64,000 bases of DNA from Gammaproteobacteria bacterium (lineage in GTDB: Bacteria > Pseudomonadota > Gammaproteobacteria > Pseudomonadales > JANQJO01), in assembly GCA_031409375.1 (NCBI GenBank), contig JANNXD010000139.1, forward strand, positions 27,944-91,943, given 5' to 3'. The position numbers and the translations under genes were made by a program. The notes under the pieces were generated by a model. That model saw only the letters and a list, made by a program, of their open reading frames with translations. It ran no database searches and was not told the origin of the DNA. This document shows positions 11,005 to 21,220 of the stretch, piece by piece; positions within the stretch are counted from its first letter, which is position 1, and each line of letters opens with the position of its first letter.

Positions 11005-11313
11005 ACATACCTCTAAGCTGTTTAAATTGGTCGGTATTAGAGCACAGCTGTTTGTGGTCTATCAATCTGCTTTTTATTGCTGATGACTCATCAGGCGAAT
11101 CAGGACGGACTAAACCATAACCAAATGCATTTTGGGCTGAGAAAATGGCGAATAAAAATGTGGCACCTACTGGGTTGGATACTACGCAAATTGTACCTGG
11201 ATGTGGATAATCAGTTTTAAGCGCAGTGTGCTTGAAAAGCTTAATTTGACGCTTGGAAGTATGCAATGGCACAATTGTCAGTTTTAAATGATCATTAGGA
11301 ATCTTTTAGATAT

Positions 11314-11820
11314 ATGCAACTCACCCCCTACCACCTGTATTTTTCTGAGCAAGCCCAGCTGGAAACGCGGGTAGTGACTTTTTCGGAAGATGAGGGTGGC
11401 ATCAAAGCAGGCACTTATTTTTTTCAAGAATTATTTTGTGCTGAGTTTGGTTGTAATTGCCGCCGCGCTTTGATTACGGTTCATGATGCTGATCATCAGC
11501 TGATGGCGAATATCAGTTATGGCTGGGCTGATCTGAATTTTTATGCAAAATGGATGGGTTCTCGTCAGGGGATTGAACATATTCCGGGTATTAATCTTTA
11601 TGAGATGCAGCCACAAGGAGAAAATTGTTTAAGGTTTGTTGCTTTGTTTAAAGAGATGATTACCAGCGATCCAGCCTATGAAAAAAGAATCCGTCGGCAT
11701 TATCAGCAAATGAAAGAACTCAATCAATCACCGGTCGCGGTTAAAGCAGTGGAGAAGGTTGGCCGCAATGAGCCGTGTTTATGCGGTAGTGGCAAAAAAG
11801 CTAAAAAATGTTGTCTGTGA
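11314..11820 (+). CDS. SEC-C motif domain protein
   Basis: C-terminal VGRNEPCLCGSGKKAKKCC and an N-terminal FC...GCNCRR motif. Confidence 0.85.
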   Translation: MQLTPYHLYFSEQAQLETRVVTFSEDEGGIKAGTYFFQELFCAEFGCNCRRALITVHDADHQLMANISYGWADLNFYAKWMGSRQGIEHIPGINLYEMQPQGENCLRFVALFKEMITSDPAYEKRIRRHYQQMKELNQSPVAVKAVEKVGRNEPCLCGSGKKAKKCCL

Positions 11821-12522
11821 GCAGGGGGCCGTTCTGTGTTTTCGGGTTTGTATATGCAAAGCTGATTCAATCGAAATGGTTTTTTGTGAATAGATATTTG
11901 AAAATCTATCTATCGTTTGTATAAAATTGGCAGCGGATGGTTCGATCCAGGTAATTGCTTCAATAATTTCCTGATGCTGCTGCAAAATATTTTGCCAATG
12001 CCAAATGGGTTCATGGTGAAATACGCGATTCCGTAATTGGCGTATCGTGTGAAATCGTTTAGAAATTTTTGCGCGAGTACGTATGTGTCGTGGCATATAG
12101 GGAAATGCGGGTTTTAATAACCTTGGCCACAAAGTTTGCTCATAACGTTTGTCTAGTAGACTGGTCCAAAAGCCAAAGCCAACTTCCGCTACGATACCAT
12201 TATCATTGTGAGATTTATTTTGCTGTTTAAGCGCTGCACTGGCTTTTTGAATGGCATTACGTTCATGCTCATGTTGAAGCAGGCCAGGAATGTTAAACCA
12301 ATCTGTACAGCCAAAGGCACTGCTAGCGCTTTTCTGGATTGTATTACGCAGTGCTATCTCTAAAATATGTAGGCTGGGAAGTAGGCTTTCGCTTAAGGTA
12401 ATATTCCAGGCGTAATACGATAGAATTTGCAAATCTGAGACTGGTTCTGATATTAAAATGCGGTACGCATTAAGCCTATCGGGGGACAGAATTTGTGTTA
12501 GTTGATTAAACTTGGCTTGCAT
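11779..12522 (-). CDS. Abi-like (AbiD/AbiF superfamily) HEPN RNase
   Basis: LHILEIALRN, FGFWTSL and HEPN RxxxxH in LRNRVFHHEPI. Confidence 0.82.
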   Translation of the reverse strand: MQAKFNQLTQILSPDRLNAYRILISEPVSDLQILSYYAWNITLSESLLPSLHILEIALRNTIQKSASSAFGCTDWFNIPGLLQHEHERNAIQKASAALKQQNKSHNDNGIVAEVGFGFWTSLLDKRYEQTLWPRLLKPAFPYMPRHIRTRAKISKRFHTIRQLRNRVFHHEPIWHWQNILQQHQEIIEAITWIEPSAANFIQTIDRFSNIYSQKTISIESALHIQTRKHRTAPCSQTTFFSFFATTA

Positions 12523-12555
12523 TTTATGGAACTGGTCCCTAGTATTTGTATTGCT

Positions 12556-12616
12556 GCCCCCGAGCTACTCCTCTCCGGTTCCTAATAAGAAGCGTGATGA
12601 ATTCTGGGTTTTTTTT
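12556..12616. ncRNA. Putative structured RNA upstream of the Abi gene
   Basis: CCCCGAG...TTCTGGG closing stem with an internal segment and a T8 tail on the + strand; lies 33 bp from the Abi start. Confidence 0.35.
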
Positions 12617-12680
12617 AAGCGCCCACCTACTGTATTTCTTTGAAATCTCAATTTCAATCCAAACTGGATAGTTTTTAAGG

Positions 12681-12761
12681 CTTGTTCGGGATCGTGCATT
12701 TGAATTTTTCGGTTGAGAGTTTTTAAGGAGCTGGAATCAGGTTCGATGATTTTGCGCAGCA
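12681..12761 (-). pseudogene. Collapsed RHS core remnant
   Basis: Encodes LRKIIEPDSSSLK then LNRKIQMHDPEQ, matching LRKIIEPDSSTFK and LGRKIFMHDPDQ in the intact RHS gene. Confidence 0.7.
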
Positions 12762-12771
12762 TTTGCAGTGA

Positions 12772-13025
12772 GATTTTTATTTTGTACATCCGTATCATTT
12801 TTCGGAGCGGGGTTTGAATGCAAATACCAATGAGTTATTGCGTCAGTATTTCCCCAAATGCACAGACTTAAAAAAACTACTGATGAACAAGTCTCGTTCG
12901 CTGTTAATCCGCTCAATCGGCTCCGTAGAAAAACCCTTGCTTTTAAATCTCCTGCGGCTTTAATTCAGGATCAACAGGCGGGTTTCGCCGCTTAACTTGT
13001 TATGCAATTCGCAGTTGAATCTGCT
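12772..13025 (+). mobile_element. IS30-family remnant (transposase C-terminus and right end)
   Basis: DFYFVHPYHFSERGLNANTNELLRQYFPKCTDL, a frameshift, then NRLRRKTLAFKSPA. Ends in GTTGAATCTGC, resembling an IS30 terminal IR. Confidence 0.82.
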
Positions 13026-13178
13026 ACTACTGCCGAGCGTGGCGGAGAGCAGTTACAATGAGCTGACTCCACCGATTATTTTTAGCTCTATGAAAATTTA
13101 TCTAGGAGAACGGTGTGTCAGAATCCCTTTGATGGATGTATGGTAGTATATTCGCAAAAAATATCAGACTGCATCGAC

Positions 13179-13787
13179 TTATTCATAAGTGCTTTTAACT
13201 TTTTTGTATTGATATTCAACGTCTGATATCGTTTTCTTACCCTTAGAAAAAATTGAGCTCCTAGTGATGTTTTCAGAAATAACTTTTATTATCAATGTCG
13301 ATCTGTCATTTGATATGGTTTTTTTGGTGATGACTTTATTTTCTGAATAACTACCAATTTCTCCACTGCCACCAGCTGAGAATGATTGAAAGATCATCCA
13401 ACCATCTTGGCAAGTATATTTAGCATCAAATTTTTTTTGAGAGATCAGCACCTTTTCTTTGTTATAGACAATATAGGATATGCCATATCCTCTTAAGTCG
13501 GTGATTATTTTTATAATATTATTGGCTGAAGGATGTTCAATCAGTGCGTAATCTAACAAAGGGTATTTGTAGAGATCGCTAAATGTTGAATTACTTTTCC
13601 CTAATGAGTGGTACAGCCCATCAAGAATAGGGCATTGTGATTTATCTGGATTTTTTGGTGCTTGATCCGGCGCAACATTTTCTTCTGAACCATGTGAAAA
13701 AAAGCTGCAACCATAGATGAATGTTAAAAAAACACCGAAACATAATTGAAATTTAGTTATATTTTTTTTTAAGGAATTAAAATCCAT
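13179..13787 (-). CDS. Putative lipoprotein, candidate immunity protein of the RHS toxin
   Basis: Hydrophobic N-terminus with IYGC lipobox; overlaps the RHS stop by 11 bp; AT-rich. Confidence 0.6.
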   Translation of the reverse strand: MDFNSLKKNITKFQLCFGVFLTFIYGCSFFSHGSEENVAPDQAPKNPDKSQCPILDGLYHSLGKSNSTFSDLYKYPLLDYALIEHPSANNIIKIITDLRGYGISYIVYNKEKVLISQKKFDAKYTCQDGWMIFQSFSAGGSGEIGSYSENKVITKKTISNDRSTLIIKVISENITRSSIFSKGKKTISDVEYQYKKVKSTYE

Positions 13788-16700
13788 TATTTTTTCCTAC
13801 AAAATAGCTGCTAGCAAGGCCGGGTGTAGTATCAAAAAGACCGGCAGCTGAGAATGGAGCTGCTGCAGGGATAAGTGCATAACTTAATTTTTCGTAAAAA
13901 TAATCCGAAAATCCTGTTCGATAGATACCATTTCCGGTAATTGGATCATACATTCCCACTTTATTAGAAAGCCAATCGTGAGGGCCCGCAAATGATTCAA
14001 CAATCGTATCTGTCACATCACCTTTTCCGTAATGAACAAATCCAAGATGAGAACCAACATCTCCATCTTGTAAAAGAGGTCCTTGGCAACCGCCAGCTTG
14101 GCCATCACATATTAAATATTTGCGTGGATCATTTGGGCCGAAATTTGGATTCGGTATTCTTCTCGTTCCCCCAACCCCAGTTTGATCCCCAAAAAAACCA
14201 TTGCTAGGCTTACCCAAATTAGCTTTGTTTAAGTTCGATTGCCGAATCATTGCTTGGCGCATTTTGTAATTTGCGTAGGTTAATAGCCCTGTAGTTAAGC
14301 TGGTTTTGAATCCATCATTAAAATTGCCACCACTAATTTTGCTGGAAATACCACCGGCAGTTCCATTCGCAGCAACTCGCCCAAGCGACCATTGATCACC
14401 ATAAAAACCCGAAACGCCGCCGAACATTGCACCCGAAATTGCCCCTTGTGCACCGCCTTTCGCGCCCGCAGAAATAATTTCACGGAAATTCCCGCCATTC
14501 ATAGCCGTTAAAGAAGCACCCATGGTTGCACCACCCACAGCACCGGCAGTAATAGAAGCGCCGACGATAGCACTGGTTGTGTAGCAAGCACCAGCGGGAG
14601 CCATTGCGCCATACGCTAATCCACCGGTCCAAATGGATAAACCAATCGCAACGGCCATGCGGAAATATTGATTATGTCGCGCTTTGCGCCACTGATCGGT
14701 AACGTTTTTACTCCACCAACTATACCCACTAGGATCCACCAACGACCCCGGATTATTCCTCACATAGGCATAGCGGTTATACGATTGCAGATCACTGGGT
14801 GCTTGAATAATCGGATCTGCCGACACAAACCTGGCGATCACCGGATCATACACGCGGCCATTCATGTGAATCAGCCCGACGTTATCTAACGTTTTATGCC
14901 CGGTATAACCGCGATTCGTGGTGTTACTCGCCAAGGTGGCTGGTGTAGAAGAGGGCGACCAATTAGCATTACGCCGCTTACCCCAAACATCAAAAGCGAG
15001 GTTTTCGACAGGGGCGCCGTTGGCATCCAGAACTGTGGTGACACTGCCCTGATTATCTTGCAGCAAATACCGCAACTGCGATGTGCCGCCAGATTTGGTC
15101 AGAATCGCATAATCCCCGATGTAAAACTTTTCCGAGACAGTCGCACCGGTTTGCACCCGCTCATAACCCGGCAGATATAAAGTAGAAGTGGACACACCCG
15201 CTTTCACATCCGTTTGACGCAACAACTCACGCGCAGCGCCATACTCCAAAGTCGTGCTATTGCCATCACTCTGCACAATCTGCTGCGGTTTATTAAAAGG
15301 CGAGTAGGTGACCTGCTGATTAAAACCATTGGTTTGCGTTTTACTGGTGAGATTGCCGTTGCGGTCATAACAATAACTCGCACTGAACGCACCGCCTGTG
15401 GTTTGCGTCACCGCATGTGGGCCGGGCTTCACCCCATTACAAGTTTGGCCATAAATATAATTACCGACATCGGCTTTGTTGAGGATATTGCCGAAGGCAT
15501 CATAACTCACGCCGTTATCCGCAACGCTCGCGCCATAACTGTTGGTTAAGCGGTTGAGATTGTCGTAGGCCAAGTTTTCGGTAAGGCCTGCAACCGCATC
15601 TTGGCGTTGCAGTACATTACCGGCGGCATCGTACTGCACGTTCCATTGTTGGCGGGTATTGCCATTAGCGATGGTTTGAGTTTGTGTGAGCCGATTGTTG
15701 GCGTCGTAAGAAAATCGTTGACTGATATTATTGCCGAGCGTAGCCGTGAGCAATTGACCCGACGCGTTTTGATTGACGAGCTGCCAATAATTTTGATTAC
15801 TGGCATTATCCTTCGTCGCCATCAAACGCCCACTGCTGGTGCTGTATTGATGACGCAACACCAAGCCCGGGCCGCCACTGCTCGGGTAAGTTTGCGTTTG
15901 CGGCCGAGAAAAACTGTCGTAAGTCGTACTGCTGGTATAAGTGCCCGCGCCGACACCACGGCTGATGGTGGTGGTCACACTACTACTGCGCCCGAGTGCA
16001 TCATAGTTATAAGTATTGGTTTGCAATGGCGTGCCCGCAACTGGGCCCATACTTTCCGACGATAACTTACCAATGCCTTGCGTGCCCTGATCATACATCC
16101 ACTGCGTAACCTGAGCGGCATCGCTGCGCGTACTCATGCGACCTAAAATGTCGTAAGTCATCTGGGTCGATTGCCCCATGGCATCGGTTTGTTTGATCAA
16201 CTGACCGAGCACATCGTACGCATAATTCCAATCACCTTGATCGGGATCGTGCATAAAAATCTTGCGACCTAAAAGATCAAACTTGGATTTAATTTGATTG
16301 CCGGCGCTGTCCGTGGTTTGGGTGAGATTGCCAAAGGCGTCATAGACATAATCCAAACGCTGGCCATTGGTATCCTGCGTCCACAGCGTTTGTCCGAGCG
16401 CGTTATTCATGCTGACAAAATTGCGGCCGAGTGGATCAGTCGTCGTGGTTTGTTGACCGTTATAACTGTTGCGGGTAATCGCGCCGTTGAAGTCGGTGAC
16501 TTGCGTGGGACGATTGAGGCTGTCAAATACGGTGGCGGTATAAACCAAAGGCTCAGCAGAAAAACGCGGTTTGCTGACCCGATAGGCTAAACCCTCACTG
16601 TTATAGCGCGTGACTTGCGTTGATAGCTGTTCGTTGGTGCCGATGAATTGATAATTTTGGGTGCGCACGGTGCGGCCACGTTGATCAAAATACGTCAACG

Positions 16701-19700
16701 TCGGTTTTTGGCCGCTGGTTTGTTGTATCGAATAAGTGTATTCAGGGTCAGCAGTGGTATCGCACGGGAAGCTGGCATGGGGCGCGGCACAGCTATACCA
16801 GGCGATATTGGTGGCGACATTATCAGCGCTGATTTGTTGTTTAACGCGACCGAGATTGTCATAGTAAGTTTGTGTGGATAAACCATTCGGGCCGGTTACG
16901 GTTGTGGCTAACCACGGAAAATTAGGCTCGGTGTAGAAATAACTTTCGCGATGACCGAGCGCATTCGTGCGGGACGCGACGGTGCCGTTGTTATTAAAAA
17001 CACTGCTGTTGCTGCGGAGGGTTTGGCCATTAGCAGTGATGACGGATTGTGTCACCAAACCTTTGGTGTTGTAGGTATAGGTTTCTTCACTTTTGAAGGT
17101 GCTGGAATCGGGCTCGATGATTTTGCGCAGCAATCGGCCCAGGCTGTCGTATTCAAAAGCCGTAGTGCGGGTTTCATCTTGCGGTTGGTAAGGTGGCGCT
17201 TGATTATAGGTAGCGCGATTGAGGGTTTGGCGGGCGAGCAAACCAATTTGCCAGTTGTTAATGTTAGCGGGGTAATAGCTGTTGTTGGTGGTGCTGCCGT
17301 AAGTCATGTTGTTATTTTGGCGATCAGTCACCAGTGTGGAGCTGCGCGTGGTATTGCCCCAATCGTCCAAGGTTGTATCGGTTTTTGTGCTGCTCATCAA
17401 GGTACCGTTGAGCTCATATTGATCGGTCGTGGTACTGGCGTAGTAATTAAAAAAGCGGGTTGGGTTGCCTGAAAATTTGTCAGCAATATTGTTGGTGGTT
17501 TTGGAAAGCAACTTGGCGGTGTCGACAGGGCTTGTGCAACCGGTGCCGGCACATAAGTAGGCCCTTATTCCCGAAAGGGTTTTGTCATAAACACTGGTTT
17601 CTTCAACCAGCCCTTGTGCGCGGCGTTGCCAATATTGGCTGTAACGGGTATTGGTTATTTTGATGTTTTGCGAGCCGGATAAGATCATCATAGTGCCGGT
17701 ATTGCCATTGCCGATGGGTATCGGTTGCTCATAGGGTTGCCTGATGTTGGTATAGGTGATGATGCTACGAAAACCCAATAATCCCAAACCGCGTTGATGC
17801 AGTTTTAAGCCTTGATAATCGTAGCTGGTGCTGACCATGCCACCGGTAGGTTTGGTGTGGGCCACTTGCGACACCACTTGAAACGGCAGGGCAATAAAAA
17901 TAGCGGGATAAGCTGAGCTTTCGCCATCGGGAATTTTTTTGTAGCGAGCAGAATCCAGGGTTCGTAAATAGTTGACGGTGCTTTCGTTGTTGAAGGCGTC
18001 TTTCACGCCGTTTAAGCGGTGGAATTGCGGTGAGGCGCTGATAAAAGATTTGATGCCGATGGCGTTGTAAGTGGTGTATCTTGGCGTGATGCTTGTACCC
18101 GTGCTTTTTGTATATTTGTAGTTGCCATCGGAAAACAAGTAGACAAAGTCGGCTTTGCCATCGCTATTGAAATCACCGATTTGGAATTGCGCGGGTTTGT
18201 TGGCATTGGCGTTGGTCGTGATTGCCGAAAAGGGCTCGCTAAATGTGCCGTCATACTTGGCTAGCCAGACATGTAAATAATCATTGGCGCCATCCACCTG
18301 ATGGATCAGATCAGTCAGCCCGTCGCCGTTCACATCCGCTGGACTAAAGTTATAGTTAGCGGAAGCTAGGTTGTAACCGCCGGTGTTGCGGGTGTTGACG
18401 GTGGCTGAACCGTCGTGGCCACCAAAGGTGCCATCGCCGCGTGAATACCAGGTGTGGAAGGTATTGCTGTTCACCAGGTGTACTAAATCGCTTTTGCCAT
18501 CGCCGTTGTAATCACCAACTACAAAACGATAATCGTTAGAAGCAATACTATAAGTGCTCCAGGGGCGAAAATTGTTTTTAATCTCGAAACTGGCATCGCC
18601 TTTGGCGAGCCAAACGGAAACCGCACCATCGCTGACGTAGTGAATCAAATCCGTTAAACCATCACCATTAAAATCACCTTGATCAAAACGATAACGATTG
18701 GCGGCAGCGTTGTCGCCAAGGACGGGTGAGATGAATTGCGTAAATGTACCATCACCATTGCCAATTAACACCCGCACACTGCCAGCGGTATAAAGATTAA
18801 TCAGATCAGCAATGCCATCGCCATTCACTTCGCCGACACGATAGTTGTAATAGCCGGTGTTTTCATCGGTGCCCGCCGGATTAACCCAGCGGCTGATGGT
18901 GGTATTTTTTAAGGTGAAGCTACCATCGCCATTGGATAACCAGGTGATCATGGTGTTGTTGCTCACTAGGTGCACTAAGTCGGTATCGCCATCGCCATCA
19001 AAATCGCCGGGGTAAAAGGGATAGACCACCTTGCTGCCGATGGTGTTGTTTTGAAAATTAGGCGCTTTTAAATCGGGATCGGCTGCCGGTGCATTGATGG
19101 TTTTGATGGTGAAGGTGCCGTCGCCATTGGATAACCAGAGTTTTATGATGGTGGGTGAGGCGAGTTGCACAAAATCCATCTTGCCATCGGCATTAAAATC
19201 ACCGGTTTTATAGTTGTGGGTATCGTTGATATCAAATTGATCGGCGGCTGCGGTTTGGGGTGTGCCGTTAAAAGCGTTATTAAAACCGCCGATCTGATTG
19301 GGTTCAATTTCATAGCTAAACAAGAGCGGCGCGGTGCAATAAGTTGTGTCGGCTAACGCGCAGCGCACGATACTGCGCAGGCGTGAGGTTTGGAGATAGG
19401 GGTCGGTTTCGTCGTAGGCTAAATCGTAGTGGTGGAGGGTACGAGTTGAATAACGGATGTCGATTTGTTTAACGCGCTGAAGAAATGCATAGGGGGTGTT
19501 GGGGGCGAGATAACCGCGAATTATATCATTACGGGCTTCATAGGAAATTTGCACGGTGTAACCGTTGTAGCTGATTGAGGACAACAGCGGAACGCCACTA
19601 CTTACGTTTGTTGAACTATATAAATAGGTGATGGTACTGCCGTTTACATCTCGAATTCCCGAGAGCAAATAAGAAACGGCTCTGCCATTAGCATTGGACA

Positions 19701-20766
19701 CACGGACACCATAAGTCCGAACGGTACCATCAGTTTGGGTGACGCTGAAGCTTGCAGGATCACCGTTTAAAAGGCCAGTGGGTACAATTTTTTGAAAACT
19801 TTCAATCTCTGTACGCATGGGTTGACCCGCTTGCGCATAGGTGCCGCCGTTTGTCATATATAAACGTTGGCCGTCTAAACAGAATTGATCGTTGGCATCG
19901 AAGTCAACGCCGTCATGCAGGTTGTCTTGTTCTTTGTTCATGCCGCAACGGGTAATGCTGCCGCCGGCGCCGAGGCTCCAACCGACGCCCATCGGCCCGT
20001 TGCCACTCATGCTGGAGTAGCTGATTGTGAGTGAAGGTTGTAGGCCGTTAATACCCGGCGGTAATTCGATGGGTAGGTTATAGGTGGCTCCGCCGAGATC
20101 GCTGACGTCGAGTTGTCCGGCGAGATTGACGACCAGTTTGCTGGGGCTGCTGGGGTTGTTGGCGGGTAGTACGTAATTGAGTTGGTTGAGGGTGTTGTTT
20201 GCATTGCCATAGGCAATGGCAGTGATGACGTTGTCTTGTGTCATCACAATATCGGTGATGCCATCGCCATTGGCGTCGTTGACGCTCATGGTGATATTGC
20301 TACCGCTGACGTAATTAGCAAGATTGAGTTTGGCGAAGGGCGATACGCCGCTTGCGCTGTAGCTGATCACGCCGGTTGCGGTGCCGGTGCGTAAAAAGAA
20401 ATCGGCGATGCCGTCGCCGTTAAAGTCTTTGTAGGTGCGCGAAAGGTTGGTGATGGGGGTGATGCCGGAGGGTAATACCGTGAAGTTTTCCAGTTGTTGC
20501 AGTACATAGCTGCCGTCGGCTTGTTGGAGTAATACGCTGTAGGGTTGGCTGCTGGGGATGGGTGCATCGATGCCTTGAACTTTGAGGGGTACCCAGCGAA
20601 CTGGAGGAGTGATGACATAATCCAGTCGACCATCGTTGTTGTAGTCTTGTTGATAGATCACGTCGTCGGCGGAAAAAGTGACCGCGTACAGATTTTGCCA
20701 AGGTAGCAGGGTTGGCAGTAAGGTGATCGACAAAAAAAATAACACACGCACAAGAAGTGTCGGCAT
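13777..20766 (-). CDS. Secreted RHS/YD-repeat toxin with SpvB-like domain and FG-GAP/VCBS repeats (TcB-TcC-fusion-like)
   Basis: Signal peptide; GGATYNLPIELPPG..P.L.ISYSS..GNG.MGVGWSL (SpvB); many GDFNGDG.TDL repeats; YD repeats; RHS core RGYTGH..LIHMNGRVYDP..RF.SADP..NRYAYV.NNP..VDPSG; variable C-terminus. Confidence 0.92.
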   Translation of the reverse strand: MPTLLVRVLFFLSITLLPTLLPWQNLYAVTFSADDVIYQQDYNNDGRLDYVITPPVRWVPLKVQGIDAPIPSSQPYSVLLQQADGSYVLQQLENFTVLPSGITPITNLSRTYKDFNGDGIADFFLRTGTATGVISYSASGVSPFAKLNLANYVSGSNITMSVNDANGDGITDIVMTQDNVITAIAYGNANNTLNQLNYVLPANNPSSPSKLVVNLAGQLDVSDLGGATYNLPIELPPGINGLQPSLTISYSSMSGNGPMGVGWSLGAGGSITRCGMNKEQDNLHDGVDFDANDQFCLDGQRLYMTNGGTYAQAGQPMRTEIESFQKIVPTGLLNGDPASFSVTQTDGTVRTYGVRVSNANGRAVSYLLSGIRDVNGSTITYLYSSTNVSSGVPLLSSISYNGYTVQISYEARNDIIRGYLAPNTPYAFLQRVKQIDIRYSTRTLHHYDLAYDETDPYLQTSRLRSIVRCALADTTYCTAPLLFSYEIEPNQIGGFNNAFNGTPQTAAADQFDINDTHNYKTGDFNADGKMDFVQLASPTIIKLWLSNGDGTFTIKTINAPAADPDLKAPNFQNNTIGSKVVYPFYPGDFDGDGDTDLVHLVSNNTMITWLSNGDGSFTLKNTTISRWVNPAGTDENTGYYNYRVGEVNGDGIADLINLYTAGSVRVLIGNGDGTFTQFISPVLGDNAAANRYRFDQGDFNGDGLTDLIHYVSDGAVSVWLAKGDASFEIKNNFRPWSTYSIASNDYRFVVGDYNGDGKSDLVHLVNSNTFHTWYSRGDGTFGGHDGSATVNTRNTGGYNLASANYNFSPADVNGDGLTDLIHQVDGANDYLHVWLAKYDGTFSEPFSAITTNANANKPAQFQIGDFNSDGKADFVYLFSDGNYKYTKSTGTSITPRYTTYNAIGIKSFISASPQFHRLNGVKDAFNNESTVNYLRTLDSARYKKIPDGESSAYPAIFIALPFQVVSQVAHTKPTGGMVSTSYDYQGLKLHQRGLGLLGFRSIITYTNIRQPYEQPIPIGNGNTGTMMILSGSQNIKITNTRYSQYWQRRAQGLVEETSVYDKTLSGIRAYLCAGTGCTSPVDTAKLLSKTTNNIADKFSGNPTRFFNYYASTTTDQYELNGTLMSSTKTDTTLDDWGNTTRSSTLVTDRQNNNMTYGSTTNNSYYPANINNWQIGLLARQTLNRATYNQAPPYQPQDETRTTAFEYDSLGRLLRKIIEPDSSTFKSEETYTYNTKGLVTQSVITANGQTLRSNSSVFNNNGTVASRTNALGHRESYFYTEPNFPWLATTVTGPNGLSTQTYYDNLGRVKQQISADNVATNIAWYSCAAPHASFPCDTTADPEYTYSIQQTSGQKPTLTYFDQRGRTVRTQNYQFIGTNEQLSTQVTRYNSEGLAYRVSKPRFSAEPLVYTATVFDSLNRPTQVTDFNGAITRNSYNGQQTTTTDPLGRNFVSMNNALGQTLWTQDTNGQRLDYVYDAFGNLTQTTDSAGNQIKSKFDLLGRKIFMHDPDQGDWNYAYDVLGQLIKQTDAMGQSTQMTYDILGRMSTRSDAAQVTQWMYDQGTQGIGKLSSESMGPVAGTPLQTNTYNYDALGRSSSVTTTISRGVGAGTYTSSTTYDSFSRPQTQTYPSSGGPGLVLRHQYSTSSGRLMATKDNASNQNYWQLVNQNASGQLLTATLGNNISQRFSYDANNRLTQTQTIANGNTRQQWNVQYDAAGNVLQRQDAVAGLTENLAYDNLNRLTNSYGASVADNGVSYDAFGNILNKADVGNYIYGQTCNGVKPGPHAVTQTTGGAFSASYCYDRNGNLTSKTQTNGFNQQVTYSPFNKPQQIVQSDGNSTTLEYGAARELLRQTDVKAGVSTSTLYLPGYERVQTGATVSEKFYIGDYAILTKSGGTSQLRYLLQDNQGSVTTVLDANGAPVENLAFDVWGKRRNANWSPSSTPATLASNTTNRGYTGHKTLDNVGLIHMNGRVYDPVIARFVSADPIIQAPSDLQSYNRYAYVRNNPGSLVDPSGYSWWSKNVTDQWRKARHNQYFRMAVAIGLSIWTGGLAYGAMAPAGACYTTSAIVGASITAGAVGGATMGASLTAMNGGNFREIISAGAKGGAQGAISGAMFGGVSGFYGDQWSLGRVAANGTAGGISSKISGGNFNDGFKTSLTTGLLTYANYKMRQAMIRQSNLNKANLGKPSNGFFGDQTGVGGTRRIPNPNFGPNDPRKYLICDGQAGGCQGPLLQDGDVGSHLGFVHYGKGDVTDTIVESFAGPHDWLSNKVGMYDPITGNGIYRTGFSDYFYEKLSYALIPAAAPFSAAGLFDTTPGLASSYFVGKNNGF

Positions 20767-21149
20767 AAAACAATCCGCTTTGAATATTAAATTTTTATTA
20801 GGAGATATTGAGGCAGAACATCAAAAATTGGTTTGGAGATTGAAACTAAACTACGAGCCCAATGTCGCCACATAAATAACCCGTGCATGCTGCCATAGGT
20901 TGTCTATAAAAACAATGAAGAAATTTTTAATGACTCTGAATTTTTGTAGCTCTGTTTTTGTGGACTGTTTTTGTGAATCTATTTTGGTGTTTTGTTCAGT
21001 CGGCAAAAAACAAGTCAGCAAAAAACACCCTGTGCGTAGCTGGTCTCGACGTGTACTGAGAAAGACGTGTACTAAGAGAAAAGAACTGCGTTAATAAATA
21101 ACACGTAATCTCAGCATGAGGGATTTAAACAAGAGTGCCTAAATGTATA

Positions 21150-21178
21150 TTGATTTACAATTAGTCGATGTTTATACT
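21150..21178 (+). promoter_or_regulatory. Putative sigma70 promoter
   Basis: TTGATT-N17-TATACT upstream of the 21221 ORF. Confidence 0.4.
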
Positions 21179-21220
21179 GCTGTCGCTTTTTTTGATTGCC
21201 ACGACTCAGGATGAATTCAA

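Noticed and set aside
10838-11272. 144-aa ORF
   Set aside because: Overlaps the better-supported frameshifted secreted-protein gene in another frame; no recognisable motif.
12565-12798. 77-aa ORF as a real gene
   Set aside because: It is a chimera of RHS scraps, antisense IS30 sequence and the Abi leader.
21002-21082. Short duplications (GACGTGTACT x2, GCAAAAAACA x2) in the RHS promoter region
   Set aside because: Only two copies each; the ACGTGT shared with the transposase array is too short to link them.
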